A stretch of DNA of 63,291 nt, filler included, from Rhabdomonas costata (GCA_019059605.1; 55 parts of 55 records of this genome joined end to end with filler, not necessarily neighbours in it), one strand, 5' to 3'. Positions 1 to 12,708 are shown, counted from the whole stretch's first letter. Translations and numbers: made by a program. The notes: a model not told the origin generated them from the letters alone.

Positions 1-1054
1 GGTTGTGTGGAAAACAACAACCAATGTCATTAGACAACCACAATCATCATATCAACGTAGCATGTATGCATGAAACAGTGTCACTCAGTGGTCCGCTGTT
101 TTCCACAACTTCCACTTCAACATCCATAGAAGTGAAGAGTGCGTGTGTAGTAGTTTCGAGACAGTCAACATCACACCTATATTGGAATCATGGCCTGAGT
201 TGTTGCAGAAGCGCGGTGATGACGCCAAGACAGCAGGGTGAGGGATGTTTACATGATGGCTACTGTGGACGATGCGTTACACAATGATGTCAATCTCTCA
301 GCCAGCCTCCACTCAACCTAACTCACTCCAATGAGTGAGAGTGTGAGAGTGTGTGTGATTGTGAGTCTAGCAAGCACAACACAAGATGCTGAGTGTGACG
401 TGTGATGCTACTCTAATTAGCTTCACGGCATACCACTCACGATCTTCGTTGGCCATGCTGCCACACTCGCTACCTCTATGCATTCCTGACTGTGATACTG
501 AGGCGAATGTGGACAGAGAAATGGTGGATACTCCCATTTTTGTGAAGCTATAGCTCCATTCATTACAGGCAGAAGCCTCATGTCATTCCGCTAGTAATGT
601 TCCAATTCTCATTGGTGATATCCTGGGACCATAACCACCCAAGGGTGATGTGTATTGCTACGCTTCGTACATCTTTTCGCTACTCTCTAAATGTCTTAAC
701 GTAAAAAAAACTAAATGTCTCTGCGTCGCTGGTAACTACGTTCCTTGGTCATTTTTGGTCACTCGTTGATGCTGCGCATTTCCTCGTTTCTACTCAAACT
801 CACTCTCGCTACAATTGTGGTAGCTTTCGTGAAAACCATTCATAAGTCCTTGCCGTGGTGACACTGCATATGCAATTGTGGCTCTGAATGATTTTGGAAC
901 TGATACAATGATTGTATTGCTTTGTGAATGGAAACTGTGTGTGGAAAGTGATATACATGTGGAAGCCATTTGTGATATTCTAAGTAAGTATCTTAGTGAT
1001 GAATTGTTTAAAAGACGTTGGTGGTGTCTGTTCATCTATGCCTGATTAATCATT

Positions 1055-1154
1055 NNNNNNNNNNNNNNNNNNNNNNNNNNNNNNNNNNNNNNNNNNNNTT
1101 AATTAATTAANNNNNNNNNNNNNNNNNNNNNNNNNNNNNNNNNNNNNNNNNNNN
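1055..1154. other. Artificial contig spacer (N44-TTAATTAATTAA-N44), first of 54 copies
   Basis: The same 100-nt linker, with stops in all six frames, recurs every ~1150 nt. Neighbouring contigs are therefore not biologically adjacent. Confidence 0.98.
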
Positions 1155-2407
1155 GTGGTGTGTGTGGCAAAATTACCTCACAAGGCGGTGCGACTTTTCT
1201 TTTTCTTGTTTGTGTAATGTACCTTACTTGGTGGACTGGGTTTTTTATCGGATAGCCCACGTATCATCACCGTTCAACATTCGATTTTCTTCGCCGGTAC
1301 TTGAGGTGTGTTTGCGGCCTCGCCTCGAATCAACAGGGGCAGAGCTGTCTTCTTCAAAGGCGATGTTCCCGTATTTATGTACTTGCAGGGCTCGGCAGAG
1401 TCCGCATCCACTGCTGGAGCGAGCCCCGCATTGAGATTATTCCATTCTTCTGATTGGGCCGCGTGAGGGCTCGGTATTCGGCGCCAGTGAATGAAATTCC
1501 TAGATCCTGGAAAACTCGCTGATCTGGGGAAAGGGGAGAATTCATAAGATCCTTCACATGCTTTCAGAGCTGAGCAGATGGACCTTCAGAAGATCGTCCG
1601 GGTTCAAGCTGTGGTGCGGTGCCACCAACGGCGAAAGGCGTTTCTTGCCCTGCTACGAGAAACTCGCGCCTGCGTTCGGATTCAGACACTTTGGAGGATG
1701 TACCGGTGCGTGCGCTGTGTTCCCGTGTGTGTGGAAAAGCTTGGTTAAGTCACTCGGTGAACCGAGCAGATTTACAACATCGCTCTCCCCAACTATCCAG
1801 TCCGACCACCTTCCTCCAAACGAAGCGTCAATGGATTTTAGCTCACAAGCATCAACGGCACTTGATTAGTTAGCGCACGAGGCAAGGTAAATTGGCAACG
1901 CGGCCGTTGGCGGGATTTGTTTGCCTGGAAGCTGTGTCAGGGCGGTGATTGTGGTTCTGGACAGTTTGCTCTCAAATACGCGCCAGTAGATGCACCTTTG
2001 CTGTCTCTTTCTCCGCGGTCCGTATTTTTCTCTTCGCAGATACCGGACTGACTTCCTCCGAAAGCGGAAGGCTGCAGTGAGGATACAGGTCGATTCTCCA
2101 CCCCACCCCCACCCCACCCCAGTGTTTTCATCTGTCCATCTTGATTCAGCTCACAAACATACGTCAACCAAGTGAAACCACAGAATACCGTCACACCACA
2201 CCNNNNNNNNNNNNNNNNNNNNNNNNNNNNNNNNNNNNNNNNNNNNTTAATTAATTAANNNNNNNNNNNNNNNNNNNNNNNNNNNNNNNNNNNNNNNNNN
2301 NNTGTGTTTGTTGTAACGCCAAGCCCAGTGAAGAAAGGGAAGCCAACAGCAATGGCATGCTTCCCCCTATTCAAAGATGGAGAGCGGTGTCGGAGGAGCC
2401 CACACAC

Positions 2408-2492
2408 GTCGTCGTTGGTGTCATTCTCGTCAAAGACCTCGTCGAATGCAAACGCGTGCTGCTCGGTGTACCGGGTCAGGTCCACCTTCACC
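2408..2492 (-). CDS. Kinesin-13 (KIF2/MCAK-like) motor domain, internal exon
   Basis: Exon cag|...|GTGTGT encodes VKVDLTRYTEQHAFAFDEVFDENDTNDD. It carries the KVD finger diagnostic of kinesin-13, followed by FxFDxVFD. Confidence 0.9.
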
Positions 2493-5400
2493 CTGAACGG
2501 GGACGCGCATGCACGATCTATAAAGAGGAATACCAGCCTAAGCGCTTCTTTATAAAAAAGTCAAGCACAGGAAACCCTCTGAGGGACCTTTTCACATTTC
2601 ATGACATTTTCATTTGATTCCATTTGCTTCTCTCTCTCTCTGGGTTCCATTTCATTTATTCGTTTGAATGACATTTTCATTTGATTCCGCTGAGGTGTTT
2701 ACGGGCATTTTTTTTTTACAGAAATTGCGCACCGGTACACAGCAACATCCATAACTAGAAAGGAAAATATCAAAACACGCGTCAATATATTCATCGCAAT
2801 GATGACTATCGGGCACACTGGACATCAGTTGGCACCACAACTTATCAAACTTCGGGAGGGGACCAACACAACCACGGTCCCGATAACAGAGGGTTGTCAA
2901 CTCTGCACATAACCCCCAAAGACAAATTTTGGAGTGAAAACCCCACGAAGAGCAATTGCATGCTGGGACGAATTGAATTTCCCGCCGACACATCGCCCGA
3001 AACCGTGCCTGGTTCCCGCACCACAGGGGCACCTCACACAATCCTTGAACTGCTGGCTCGCTTCACACTTTTTTCTGGATTGAAGTTTCAAGTTTTGCGT
3101 TCTTTTGGCCAAACACTTCACGGGATCTTTACCCGCACGAATCGAACACAACCAATTAAACTGTCGTGGATTCGCGCGATCTGCTCGCAGCGGCAGCTTC
3201 AGACCAGCATCATCGCTGCCTTGAGCCCCCATAATCCCCTCATCAGCCCCTCACAAAGAACAAGCGGAGCCTAAGACGACGGGAGGTAGTATTACAATGG
3301 AAACCATTGTGTCTCACAACTTCACCAAAGTTATCAGAAGGATGCAGTACCAAACNNNNNNNNNNNNNNNNNNNNNNNNNNNNNNNNNNNNNNNNNNNNT
3401 TAATTAATTAANNNNNNNNNNNNNNNNNNNNNNNNNNNNNNNNNNNNNNNNNNNNTGTTGGGGTGCTGCTTCGCGGGCATTAGGGAAAACGAAGAGTCTG
3501 AGACGAAATGGGATGGAGGGGGAGAGCAGAGCAATTTGGGTCCGGTTTACGATCAGCGCGCAACGGAAAACTCATACCATGCGTACATTTGACAATGCAG
3601 ATACAAGAAAGATGAGCACCAACACACAAAATAAAGAGATAAATGCGCTGTTGAAGAAAAGCCGCACATTTCCAGCTTGTGTTCATTCCAGCTTGTTTTC
3701 GATTTCCACTGCGACGACGCAGGGGCGGGACATTCTAATCCTGATCCAAAAGCACATATCATTATCCATTATCCATTTAAGCAAGGCAGGCGCTTCGTTG
3801 ACCCAGCAGCTAGGACCGTACTCAGGCTGCTTCGGTGTGAGATGTAGCTGGCGGACATTCTTTTGGTTCCGGAGACGGGATTCCACAATTACTGGGGAAT
3901 ACCTCATTCTAAGGGACTGCTGCAGCAAAGCATCAGCAGAAGTGACGTCAGGCGAGAAAAGTCAACAAGAGTGGTAACATGAAAGAAGGCATCTTAAAAT
4001 TATAGTCTCCGATGTTCGGCGGCACAGAATATTATGGATGATGCCAAGCCGGAGGCGATGAATTTCACGGACAACGTATGACGGACGTCGGACCTCGCTC
4101 GGTGACTAATGCCAACAAGAAGGCTGCCTGGAATATGAAAAAAAAAAAAAGAACAGTTTGGCCGTGTCGCTTGACATCGGTTGTCGTCCCGTGGGTGTGC
4201 TGACAGGTCCAGCTGCAGATGCTGCTCCGGAGGCTAAGGCTCGGCTTCAGAAGTCATATGACAAATTCTGAGCAATTCTTCGGCACGCCCCTGTTTTGGG
4301 GCCTTTGGTTTTTGGGAAGGAACTCGCAGCACTGCTTCGTGGCCCAAGCTTTCCCCCTTGCTGCCCTTTCCGCCAAAAGTAGAGGAGCAACACAAGGGAC
4401 ACGCCCGCAGCGCCAGAGTGCGCCTGCGAACACCGCGGGCCCAAGAACCCGGGGCGGAGTCCTAACCAAACAGGCAACTCACCCACCCACCCAATGCAAC
4501 AAAAAACCNNNNNNNNNNNNNNNNNNNNNNNNNNNNNNNNNNNNNNNNNNNNTTAATTAATTAANNNNNNNNNNNNNNNNNNNNNNNNNNNNNNNNNNNN
4601 NNNNNNNNTGTTGTTTTGTACGTTTCCACAATGGAATACTGCTCAACTTTCACTGTTCAACTTTCAGCCCATTGTGACAACCGTTTCACCAAGACGCCAG
4701 CGACACCGAAACAGCAAGAAGGCGTAGGACACTCGCGCCAAAATGCCTGGAATAGTTTTTCATTGAGCCTTCGAAAAAGCATTAGAATTAGACAGCGAGG
4801 AGAGAAATGGATGACCACCAAGAGAGAGCACACCGCATGCAACACAAAAAAGGCTCCACTCGGCGATGTGCCATACACAAAGGCACGCAAACACCTTGCT
4901 GCTGTTCCGGGGTGTGGCCTGTTGCGCTACTACGTTGGCCGCGGACCCAAGCACCCGTTGGCTCTGGCTCCCTGTTGCTTGCATTCTAACAACACCAAAA
5001 GAAAGGGGAGCAAACGCTGCACGGACGCAAAAGCCAAACGAAAAGACGCCGCCCCTCCCATAAGGCTCCTTCAAACGCTGTCGCGACGGGTTTTGATATT
5101 AAATGCTCGATGGAAAACACGGGCACTTCCCAGCAACAGTTTCAAGCAATGACGGTGGGGCTTCGGGTCCAGATTGGAGCAGCCCACGTCGTAGCGCGAG
5201 CCTTGATATTCAAATCGGCAGCACTTGCAGGCAAGTTTCGGACTCTTCCCATTGCAGGCGACACCGCCCGTTGTTAGAAAAATCAAGATCGGGTTGCCAC
5301 GCCATAATTGCTGCATTTTTCACACAGAGAAGCCGGGATTTCACTCAGGCTTTCTCGGAAGGCATCTCTCCTGAGCGAGAGCCGGAGCGCACTTGACTCC

Positions 5401-5948
5401 CGCTTGACTCGAGCTGCACTGGGAAAAGGTGTCTTGCAGAGGGGCTGCGAGGAAGCGACAACAACACTGAAGATGAACGTGAGGTTTTCCGAAACCTTGT
5501 TTGAGAGGGACTGGGGGGGGGGTACGCCGATTCGCTTTGACGCCACCTCGGCGCCAATGCTCAAAAAGAAAGGAAACCACCAGCCAACCTCCAGAACTCC
5601 CTTTCCTTACAGAGCGGTTAGAACCGCACCACCCTCCCAGCACAACCCCCCATAACCACCANNNNNNNNNNNNNNNNNNNNNNNNNNNNNNNNNNNNNNN
5701 NNNNNTTAATTAATTAANNNNNNNNNNNNNNNNNNNNNNNNNNNNNNNNNNNNNNNNNNNNAAAACATGAGGGGGGGGGGGCGTCTGAAACCCACGTCGA
5801 AGCACACTGGACTGGAAACTTTTTGGGTAGGTAAACCAGCAGCCCACCATACGTGAATAATTTAGAGAGATACAGACTAATCTAATAACCCGGGCTCTTA
5901 ATTCAAAGGGGTTACTCGTTTCCGTTGATCCTACGGGGCGGGTGCAAC

Positions 5949-6647
5949 CTGGGGAAGGCGGAAGAGGGTGCTGGTGGGCAGCCCGAGCTCCTGGCGGGCC
6001 TTCGCGGTGAGGCCGCGGCCGATGATGAGGTTGATGCGGCCCTGGGCCTGGACCTCATCCAAGATGACCTCGGACTTGTGGGAGAACGAGCACACCGCGG
6101 CGCCCGACTTGTGGTCAGTGATCTTGCCGGCGTAGGGGTCGATGTCCAGGACGTCACCCGTCTTGATCTTCGTGACGTCGCACTCGAACACCAGCGCCCC
6201 GGAGTCCTCCATGGTGTTGAAGAAGATCGGCGCCACCTTGCCCCCGAAGCACACCCCTGTGCGAGACCGTGAGATAGCGATACCCCACAGATGAGACAAA
6301 AGGGAGAGTATGAGGTTGCCGGAGACCGAGGATCCGCTCCACAACATCAAACGAAATAAAAAGGAATGAAAAGCATTCTTCACGAATTGCTAAGAAGCAA
6401 GAAAGTTGATACCGCATTCTTCGATTCTTTATTTCCGAAAAGGACCTGTTAGAGAACATCTCAATTTCATTGTAATTTTGTCATTTTGATCCATCTGACC
6501 AGAATGTTCTGGGACCCCGTGTAAGGCAGTCTTGGTAACTGTGGTGAGGGAGGTCCAAGAGTCAAGCAACCATAGGGAAGGGTAAAGCGCACCTCCAGTG
6601 TTCTTGTTGGGGACACCGGGGATCGGGCTGCCAATGTACCACAGCAC
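5949..6647 (-). CDS. acnB: Aconitate hydratase B (bacterial-type AcnB), two exons 6593-6647 and 5949-6256
   Basis: The spliced product [40 protein letters not shown]...DEVQAQGRINLIIGRGLTAKAR follows the AcnB pattern VLW..G.DIP.VPNKR.GG...[14 protein letters not shown].GAL...GRIPLIIGRGLT. The phase-1 GT-AG intron rejoins a Gly codon. Confidence 0.93.
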
Positions 6648-7257
6648 CTGTGGAAATCAAAGGAAAAGAAAGGAAAGTAGGAAGAAAAAGCCCAACATAA
6701 CACTATACTCAACACACCATACCTTCTTTAAGAATGCACTCCAGGCAATACTACTCGGGCACACTTCTCACATGTGTCACTTCAAATTTATATCCCCCCC
6801 CCACACCAAACACANNNNNNNNNNNNNNNNNNNNNNNNNNNNNNNNNNNNNNNNNNNNTTAATTAATTAANNNNNNNNNNNNNNNNNNNNNNNNNNNNNN
6901 NNNNNNNNNNNNNNTTGTGTTGGGCTGCGACTGGATTTTAACTTTTGACCTGACCTAAAACACATGGCCTGGGCTAAGTCAGAAGTGATAAAGCGAAGAA
7001 TCACAGCTTATTTTATGTACTTGCACATCTGGGAAAAATCGCTGTAACTCAGAAAACCCTGCCTAAATTTAGCAGCTTGCAATGCACACGAAACAACTGT
7101 GCTGGCATGGTTTACAATCTGAGACTTTTTCTTCCCCCTGAAACCCCTGTAAGTCCACTTTTTTCACCTCTCGCTTTCGAGGTGGCACGGGCAACACAAA
7201 CTAATTGTTGATTAATTGTCGTAATCATGACCACCATCAATTACCCCCGCCCCGCAG

Positions 7258-7427
7258 GAAGGCGGGCAAGAAGATGGCCGCGGTTGCGTTCTGGAAGCGG
7301 CACCTGGGCGGCGGCAACGGGGAGGACCTGCCCGAGCTGGCCCGCTTCCCGCCCCCGGTGTTTCCCGACGGTGCGCTGCCTACCGGGGTGGTGGTGCACA
7401 TTCTGAGGCGGGCGAAGCCCTTCCAGG
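7258..7427 (+). CDS. Probable exon of an unknown protein
   Basis: cccgcag acceptor followed by GC3-rich codons (KAGKKMAAVAFWKRHLGG...RAKPFQ). The 3' boundary is unclear and may be a GC donor. Confidence 0.4.
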
Positions 7428-8574
7428 GCAGGCTTGTGATCTGCCGTTATATCAGAGGTTCTTCGTGAGCGAAAGTTTTGCTCGATTTGTCTTCTCAAAA
7501 AAATGGCACTTGCAAACGGAGGCTTTTTCGGATTTAGAAGCTAAAAAGGGGGGTGGTGAAAAACTGGGCTTTACCATGAGGTGTTTTTTTTTTTGCTTTT
7601 CCGCTTGTTCTTTGTGTCTACCCCAACCCCAGCCTCTAACTTATGGGCCTTCCAATGCAAGTTGGGGGGGGGGGTAGTGGTAACGATTACAGATAACAGA
7701 AAACTGGCTTTAAGCTTGAACATAATTAAATTCAAATATGCCAATACCCTCGAAATGACTGCATTTTTAGTCGCCTATAGATCCATAGATGATTGCTTTT
7801 GCTCAGCGGCGGAAAACTATTGCTAGCTAAGGACTCGCCAATGGCTGGAATAGCCGGACGAGTAAGGCAGCGTTTGTATAGGGGCGAATCCAGCGGCGCC
7901 GAAGCCGGAGCGGGCGGCTGGGGCGGTGGCGTAGCTGTTCGAGTCTGAGGGCAATGCCCCAAAAAAANNNNNNNNNNNNNNNNNNNNNNNNNNNNNNNNN
8001 NNNNNNNNNNNTTAATTAATTAANNNNNNNNNNNNNNNNNNNNNNNNNNNNNNNNNNNNNNNNNNNNGCTCTTCCTCACCCGTGTGTAAAATGTTTGTCG
8101 CTTTTTTTTTTGCACTTGGATGTTTGGCGCCAGTGTTGAGTTCCTCTGCTGCTGCCACAATGGATCTTGCGATCTCGGAATGAGGCAGGGGTCCGCAACT
8201 TTTTACACGTTAAGTTTGCTCTCTCTCCCCCCTTCCCGGCTTTTTCAGAGCTTCAAAAGAAAGCAGTTTGACATGAGCCTTTTCTCCTTCACGATCCGCG
8301 TGACGCAGCGCATGAGCAAAGTCATATATCCAAAATCAAGCTCATTTCCGAGTCGGCTGGATATAATGAGGGCACCTTTGGGACTCGGGTCGTTTTTCAG
8401 CAGTGTACAATAGTATTTGTGGTGGCCATCCTTTGCGAAGAGACCCCCCCCCGACATTTAGTGCCTGCTGGACCACCTCCTGCGTCCACATCCTCTCCCC
8501 GCCACCGCCATAGAGCAACATCCACAGCTGAAACACTCGGCAAGCACCGCCCTTGAAACCAAACCTGCTCGCAA

Positions 8575-8785
8575 CAGTAGGTAGTATAACGTTGGTGCGA
8601 TACGTTGCATTCTGCTACGGACCCCGCTCCGCACGGGAATCTGCTGGAGGCTGATCCGCACCGCCACCTGCCCACCCCCCATGGGCTTCACTCGGCGTGG
8701 TTGCCCCGGCCGGGTCTGGGAATCGAACTCTCGACCTTTCTGCCACAAATCTGGCACCCAGACCATAAGACCGGCCATACCAGAT
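8575..8785 (-). mobile_element. tRNA-derived SINE candidate or pseudo-tRNA
   Basis: The minus strand reads TGGCCGGTCTTATGG (A-box-like), TTGTGGC (His-type anticodon-loop-like) and GAGTTCGATTCCC (B box). A GC-rich body and a TACTACCTACT tail follow. The cloverleaf stems are imperfect. Confidence 0.35.
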
Positions 8786-9221
8786 TCCTGGTTTCTGGCG
8801 GTGCTTCGAATAAGAGCCAGCCGAAAAATCCACACACACCCCTTGGCGCGTTTTGCCCCCCTGTCAGACGGCACGGCGGGCTCGGACCAATTACGTGGCT
8901 CTTGCGACTTCCCCGCTTAGCCCACTCGATCCGCTCCCCTCCGTGGTCCCTCCCGACAAAGCTTTCGCTTTGTGAGCGCTGTCAACTCACCTATGTCCAC
9001 AAATGGTCCCCAAAAACCCGCGCAGAAACACACCACACCACCTGAACTTCCGAAATGTAAGAAAAAGGGCACCTCACTCGAAAAAGGGATCCTCGCTCAC
9101 TCCTTTTTCGTCGGTCGGGTTNNNNNNNNNNNNNNNNNNNNNNNNNNNNNNNNNNNNNNNNNNNNTTAATTAATTAANNNNNNNNNNNNNNNNNNNNNNN
9201 NNNNNNNNNNNNNNNNNNNNN

Positions 9222-10088
9222 CAGGCCGTGTCCCCCTCCGCCGGGCTCATCGTCCTCCGCCATTCGGATGCACATCGGGGGATGCAGGTTGGCAAACCCC
9301 ATCAGCGGCGCCTTGGAGCACGACGTCACGAAGGCAAGAAACCTGCATCGCAGAGAATCGCTGCGGATAGCGCCACAAAAAAACAGGAGACAGAAAGAGC
9401 ATGTTTTGCGGGCATATGATGATGGAACAACGGTACCAACCGTTGCTGAGAAGCAGCGGGAGGGAAGGCAGCAATCTGAACTCCACAACCCGCGCCGAAA
9501 GGGGAGAGGGAGAGGGCTCCGCAGTACCGGGCCCTCTGCGGGGTGTCCATCTCCTCGAGGGTCTTGAACAATCTTTTAATCACCGGGTGGTCGGCGTGGT
9601 AGCCCCCGGCGAACCGCACGTGGCGCTTCAGGTCCTCCAAGTCAAACGCTCCAGGCTCCCCTGCAGGTGTAGGGTTTCAGGAAAGAAGGTCCAACGAGAG
9701 TGAAATGGGTTGGCTTCTAGGGAACTCCGGTTCTAGTCCCGAGAGAGCAGCAAGAATGGACACAGACCAGGTAATAGGGCCCACGCTGCTGAAACCGCCA
9801 ACCTTCCTGCAATTCCACACAACAGAGGACATACATATAATTCATTAAAAATGGCTCAGCCATTCAACTTCTGGTAGCCCAAGGAAGATGAGCACCAGGC
9901 GTTCCCAACAACAAGCAAGGCATGGCACCTGCAATCAGCAGGACCAGCTCCCGGCGGTCGAACATCCGCAGCCAGTCTGGGCGGATGAGCTCCGAGAAAC
10001 CGGACAGGAACGCCGCAGTGGGCCGAGCAATCTGCTGGGTAAGCTTGTAGTCCGCGATGGCGTGGATGTACAGAATCAGATTGTCCGC
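9222..10088 (-). CDS. HECT E3 ubiquitin ligase, UBE3B/UBE3C-like; exons 9929-10088, 9528-9660, 9222-9342
   Basis: Spliced: ADNLILYIHAIADYKLTQQI...WLRMFDRRELVLLIAG-EPGAFDLEDLKRHVRFAGGYHADHPVI...RARFLAFVTSCSKAPLMGFANLHPPMCI. Both GT-AG introns are phase-consistent. Confidence 0.92.
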
Positions 10089-10375
10089 CTGAAACGCGTC
10101 CGCAGGACCAAAACTTACAAGGAAGGAACAACCCTATCCTTTGAATTCGCCGCATCCTAGCGGTCAGAGCAATTGCCCGGATGTTTTCATTGCAAAGCAA
10201 AAAACAAGCAGCATTGTCAGTTTACAAAGGGAAGACCCAGCTAGGCTGCTCGCCCCTCGACAACCAAAACCCCCNNNNNNNNNNNNNNNNNNNNNNNNNN
10301 NNNNNNNNNNNNNNNNNNTTAATTAATTAANNNNNNNNNNNNNNNNNNNNNNNNNNNNNNNNNNNNNNNNNNNNG

Positions 10376-11246
10376 ACCGTCACGCAGAACACGTCCACTG
10401 CCACAGGGATTATCCCCAACGGCTCCAGAGGAAAGGTGGTGGCCTTTAGCACGATCACACGGAGACAGTCACAATGATGGGCAGCGGTCGCTTTCATACC
10501 TTCTCTAGGGTATCTTCTCAACCGCTTCATGACAATTCCAACGTCAGCCTGAAAAGATCTCAATTTGCTCTGGAGCTCGCCTGTGCGACCACTCGTCTGT
10601 CCACGAAAGCCAGGGGGCAACAATTCCATGCATCGCTACAACAGTTGATGGCCAAAATAAGAATCGCTTCTGGAGCATGCTCTTTACCCTCTTGAGCAGG
10701 GTCAGGTCTCTGTCGAGCATCTATCTCGTAGGATACAACCTTCTTGCAAGCCAGCTGGTCAAGTCTCTTCTTCTGACGACCAACCATTGGTACAGTAGTG
10801 CAGACCACTGGGTTCAATCCGCCAGCCTCCTGCGACAGGTTTCTGAGCAGCCATTGATTCAGCCATCACGATCTTCTGCTCCCTTTTACGGAGGTGGGCT
10901 CCAAGCTCCTGGGCCCAACGAAAACGCAGTTTATTTCTTTGTCAGCAGACAGCATGGAATTACCTACGTCGGTTCCTCGACAGATGTTTCACACCGCATT
11001 GACCTACACAATGCCGGGATGGGGGCCTTGGCATCTTTTTTTGCGCGTGACTGGGACCTAAAAGCATGCGTTCTTGGATTTCCAACTGGATCCAATGGAT
11101 ACGCATGGGCAAAGGACTTTGAAACAACGTTGCAGCAGCAGCGTGCAATGCCCTATCCTCCGCTTTCGTCCTGGCTTGCGAAAGCGGTGATTTTGATGGA
11201 GACCTGGAGAGCAAGAGAGAATTTCCCACTTTGGTTGCACGTCTAG
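10376..11246 (+). mobile_element. Degenerate PIF1-family helicase C-terminus fused to an SLX1-like GIY-YIG endonuclease (Helitron-like or other element-derived ORF)
   Basis: Across two frameshifts (~10448 and ~10594-10598) the reading is TQN..GIIPNGSRGKVVAF / KRSQFALELACATT-VHESQGAT / LFTLLSRVRSLSSIYLVG, the PIF1 C-terminal motifs. It continues in frame into VYFFVS..ITYVGSSTDVSHRIDLHN..G...W..KACVLGF...DFE (GIY-YIG). No introns. Confidence 0.8.
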
Positions 11247-11794
11247 ACCTGGAACGTTTTTGTGGACTATTTCTGTGTGCTCTGTTTCAGTGTTCCATTT
11301 CGGCGGATTAAAGCCATCGGAAGAAATGGATCTGAGCAAATGAGCTTCTAACTTACAAATTGTAACCTTGATCAGAAACCTTCTGGCTCCCTCAATTTGA
11401 CCAAATACCTCTGCGATACAAAAACCCNNNNNNNNNNNNNNNNNNNNNNNNNNNNNNNNNNNNNNNNNNNNTTAATTAATTAANNNNNNNNNNNNNNNNN
11501 NNNNNNNNNNNNNNNNNNNNNNNNNNNTGTGGTGTGTGAGGACTGTCCTCCGTGCTGCTCGGGGATGTGTGGTGCGGTTATTTTGGGCTCTGAAGCGGTC
11601 GATGCATGACACGCTGGTTTCCGATGCCCGAATGAGTGGAACCCTCCTGTCAATTGAATTGGCTTTGACAAGATGTATCCTTGGTTCATGGGGTTTGGTC
11701 TGTGCATGCAACGTTGTGACAGAACGTGTGCAGTGTGTCCCCTCATCTTAGAAACGTCTCCCTGTGCCTCATTTTATGTTTGTGTGCACTCAAG

Positions 11795-11956
11795 GCTCTG
11801 ACGGGGAACTTCAAGACAGTTATGGACTGGGCGGCGAAGTACCGCCGGCTGAAGGTCCGCACCAACGCAGACACCCCCAGGGACGTCGCCGCGGCGCTGC
11901 GGTTCGGCGCGGAGGGCGTGGGGCTGTGCCGCACGGAGCACATGTTCTTCGACAAG
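11795..11956 (+). CDS. ppdK: Pyruvate, phosphate dikinase, internal exon
   Basis: caag|...|GTGTGC exon of 162 nt: [21 protein letters not shown]...[16 protein letters not shown], the PPDK signature. Confidence 0.95.
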
Positions 11957-12708
11957 GTGTGCACTTTTGCGTAAGCGCTCGCTGATCTGCGAAACGTTTG
12001 TATTTGCGTGGAATTCTGTGCAGCAGGCGCAGCAGCCGTGCAGAGGATCGGCAACCAGTCCCATTATTCCCAAAGAAACCCTAATGGCGCACAAATTAGT
12101 CGCATGCAGAAGATGTGCCGAACAGAAGAGCATGCCTGAGGCGAGATTTCCTCCCGTTGCTCACAGAGGCACCCATTCGCCCTTTTTGGATCTCACAGGC
12201 TCTTGTGGTTTTACGAGGATGACTTTTTCGAGACTCAGGAATGCATTCACTGGGATCCCCATGGAAAAACCCCTTGACTCCGCAACTGAAGAAGACCTCC
12301 TAGATGGATGCCACTGATCTGCCCATTTCCGTTGGTCCTTCAGTCATGGGATCCTTCGCGCCCGGAAATGCTTCACCGTACCAGACGAGACACGGGTGCG
12401 ACAAGCATCGTAACGTCCCCCAACTAGGTGTCATGGCCATCAGGGTATTTCCCACCTCATTGTTGTTAGGAACCTGCCATCAGTAGTGGAAGCAGCATTT
12501 TTCATACCCTTTGGAAGACCTTGTCCACCGCAGTGAGGGCTGGGGGAAGAACCATCTCTCTCCAGGAGATCCACCAACCCNNNNNNNNNNNNNNNNNNNN
12601 NNNNNNNNNNNNNNNNNNNNNNNNTTAATTAATTAANNNNNNNNNNNNNNNNNNNNNNNNNNNNNNNNNNNNNNNNNNNNTTTTGGTTGTCCCGATTTTG
12701 TGCCCCAG

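Noticed and set aside
3513-4200. Possible decayed LINE AP-endonuclease; similar faint LINE-like traces at 43802-44500 and 58784-59835
   Set aside because: The motifs are too eroded to support by eye. A frameshift-aware profile search would be needed.
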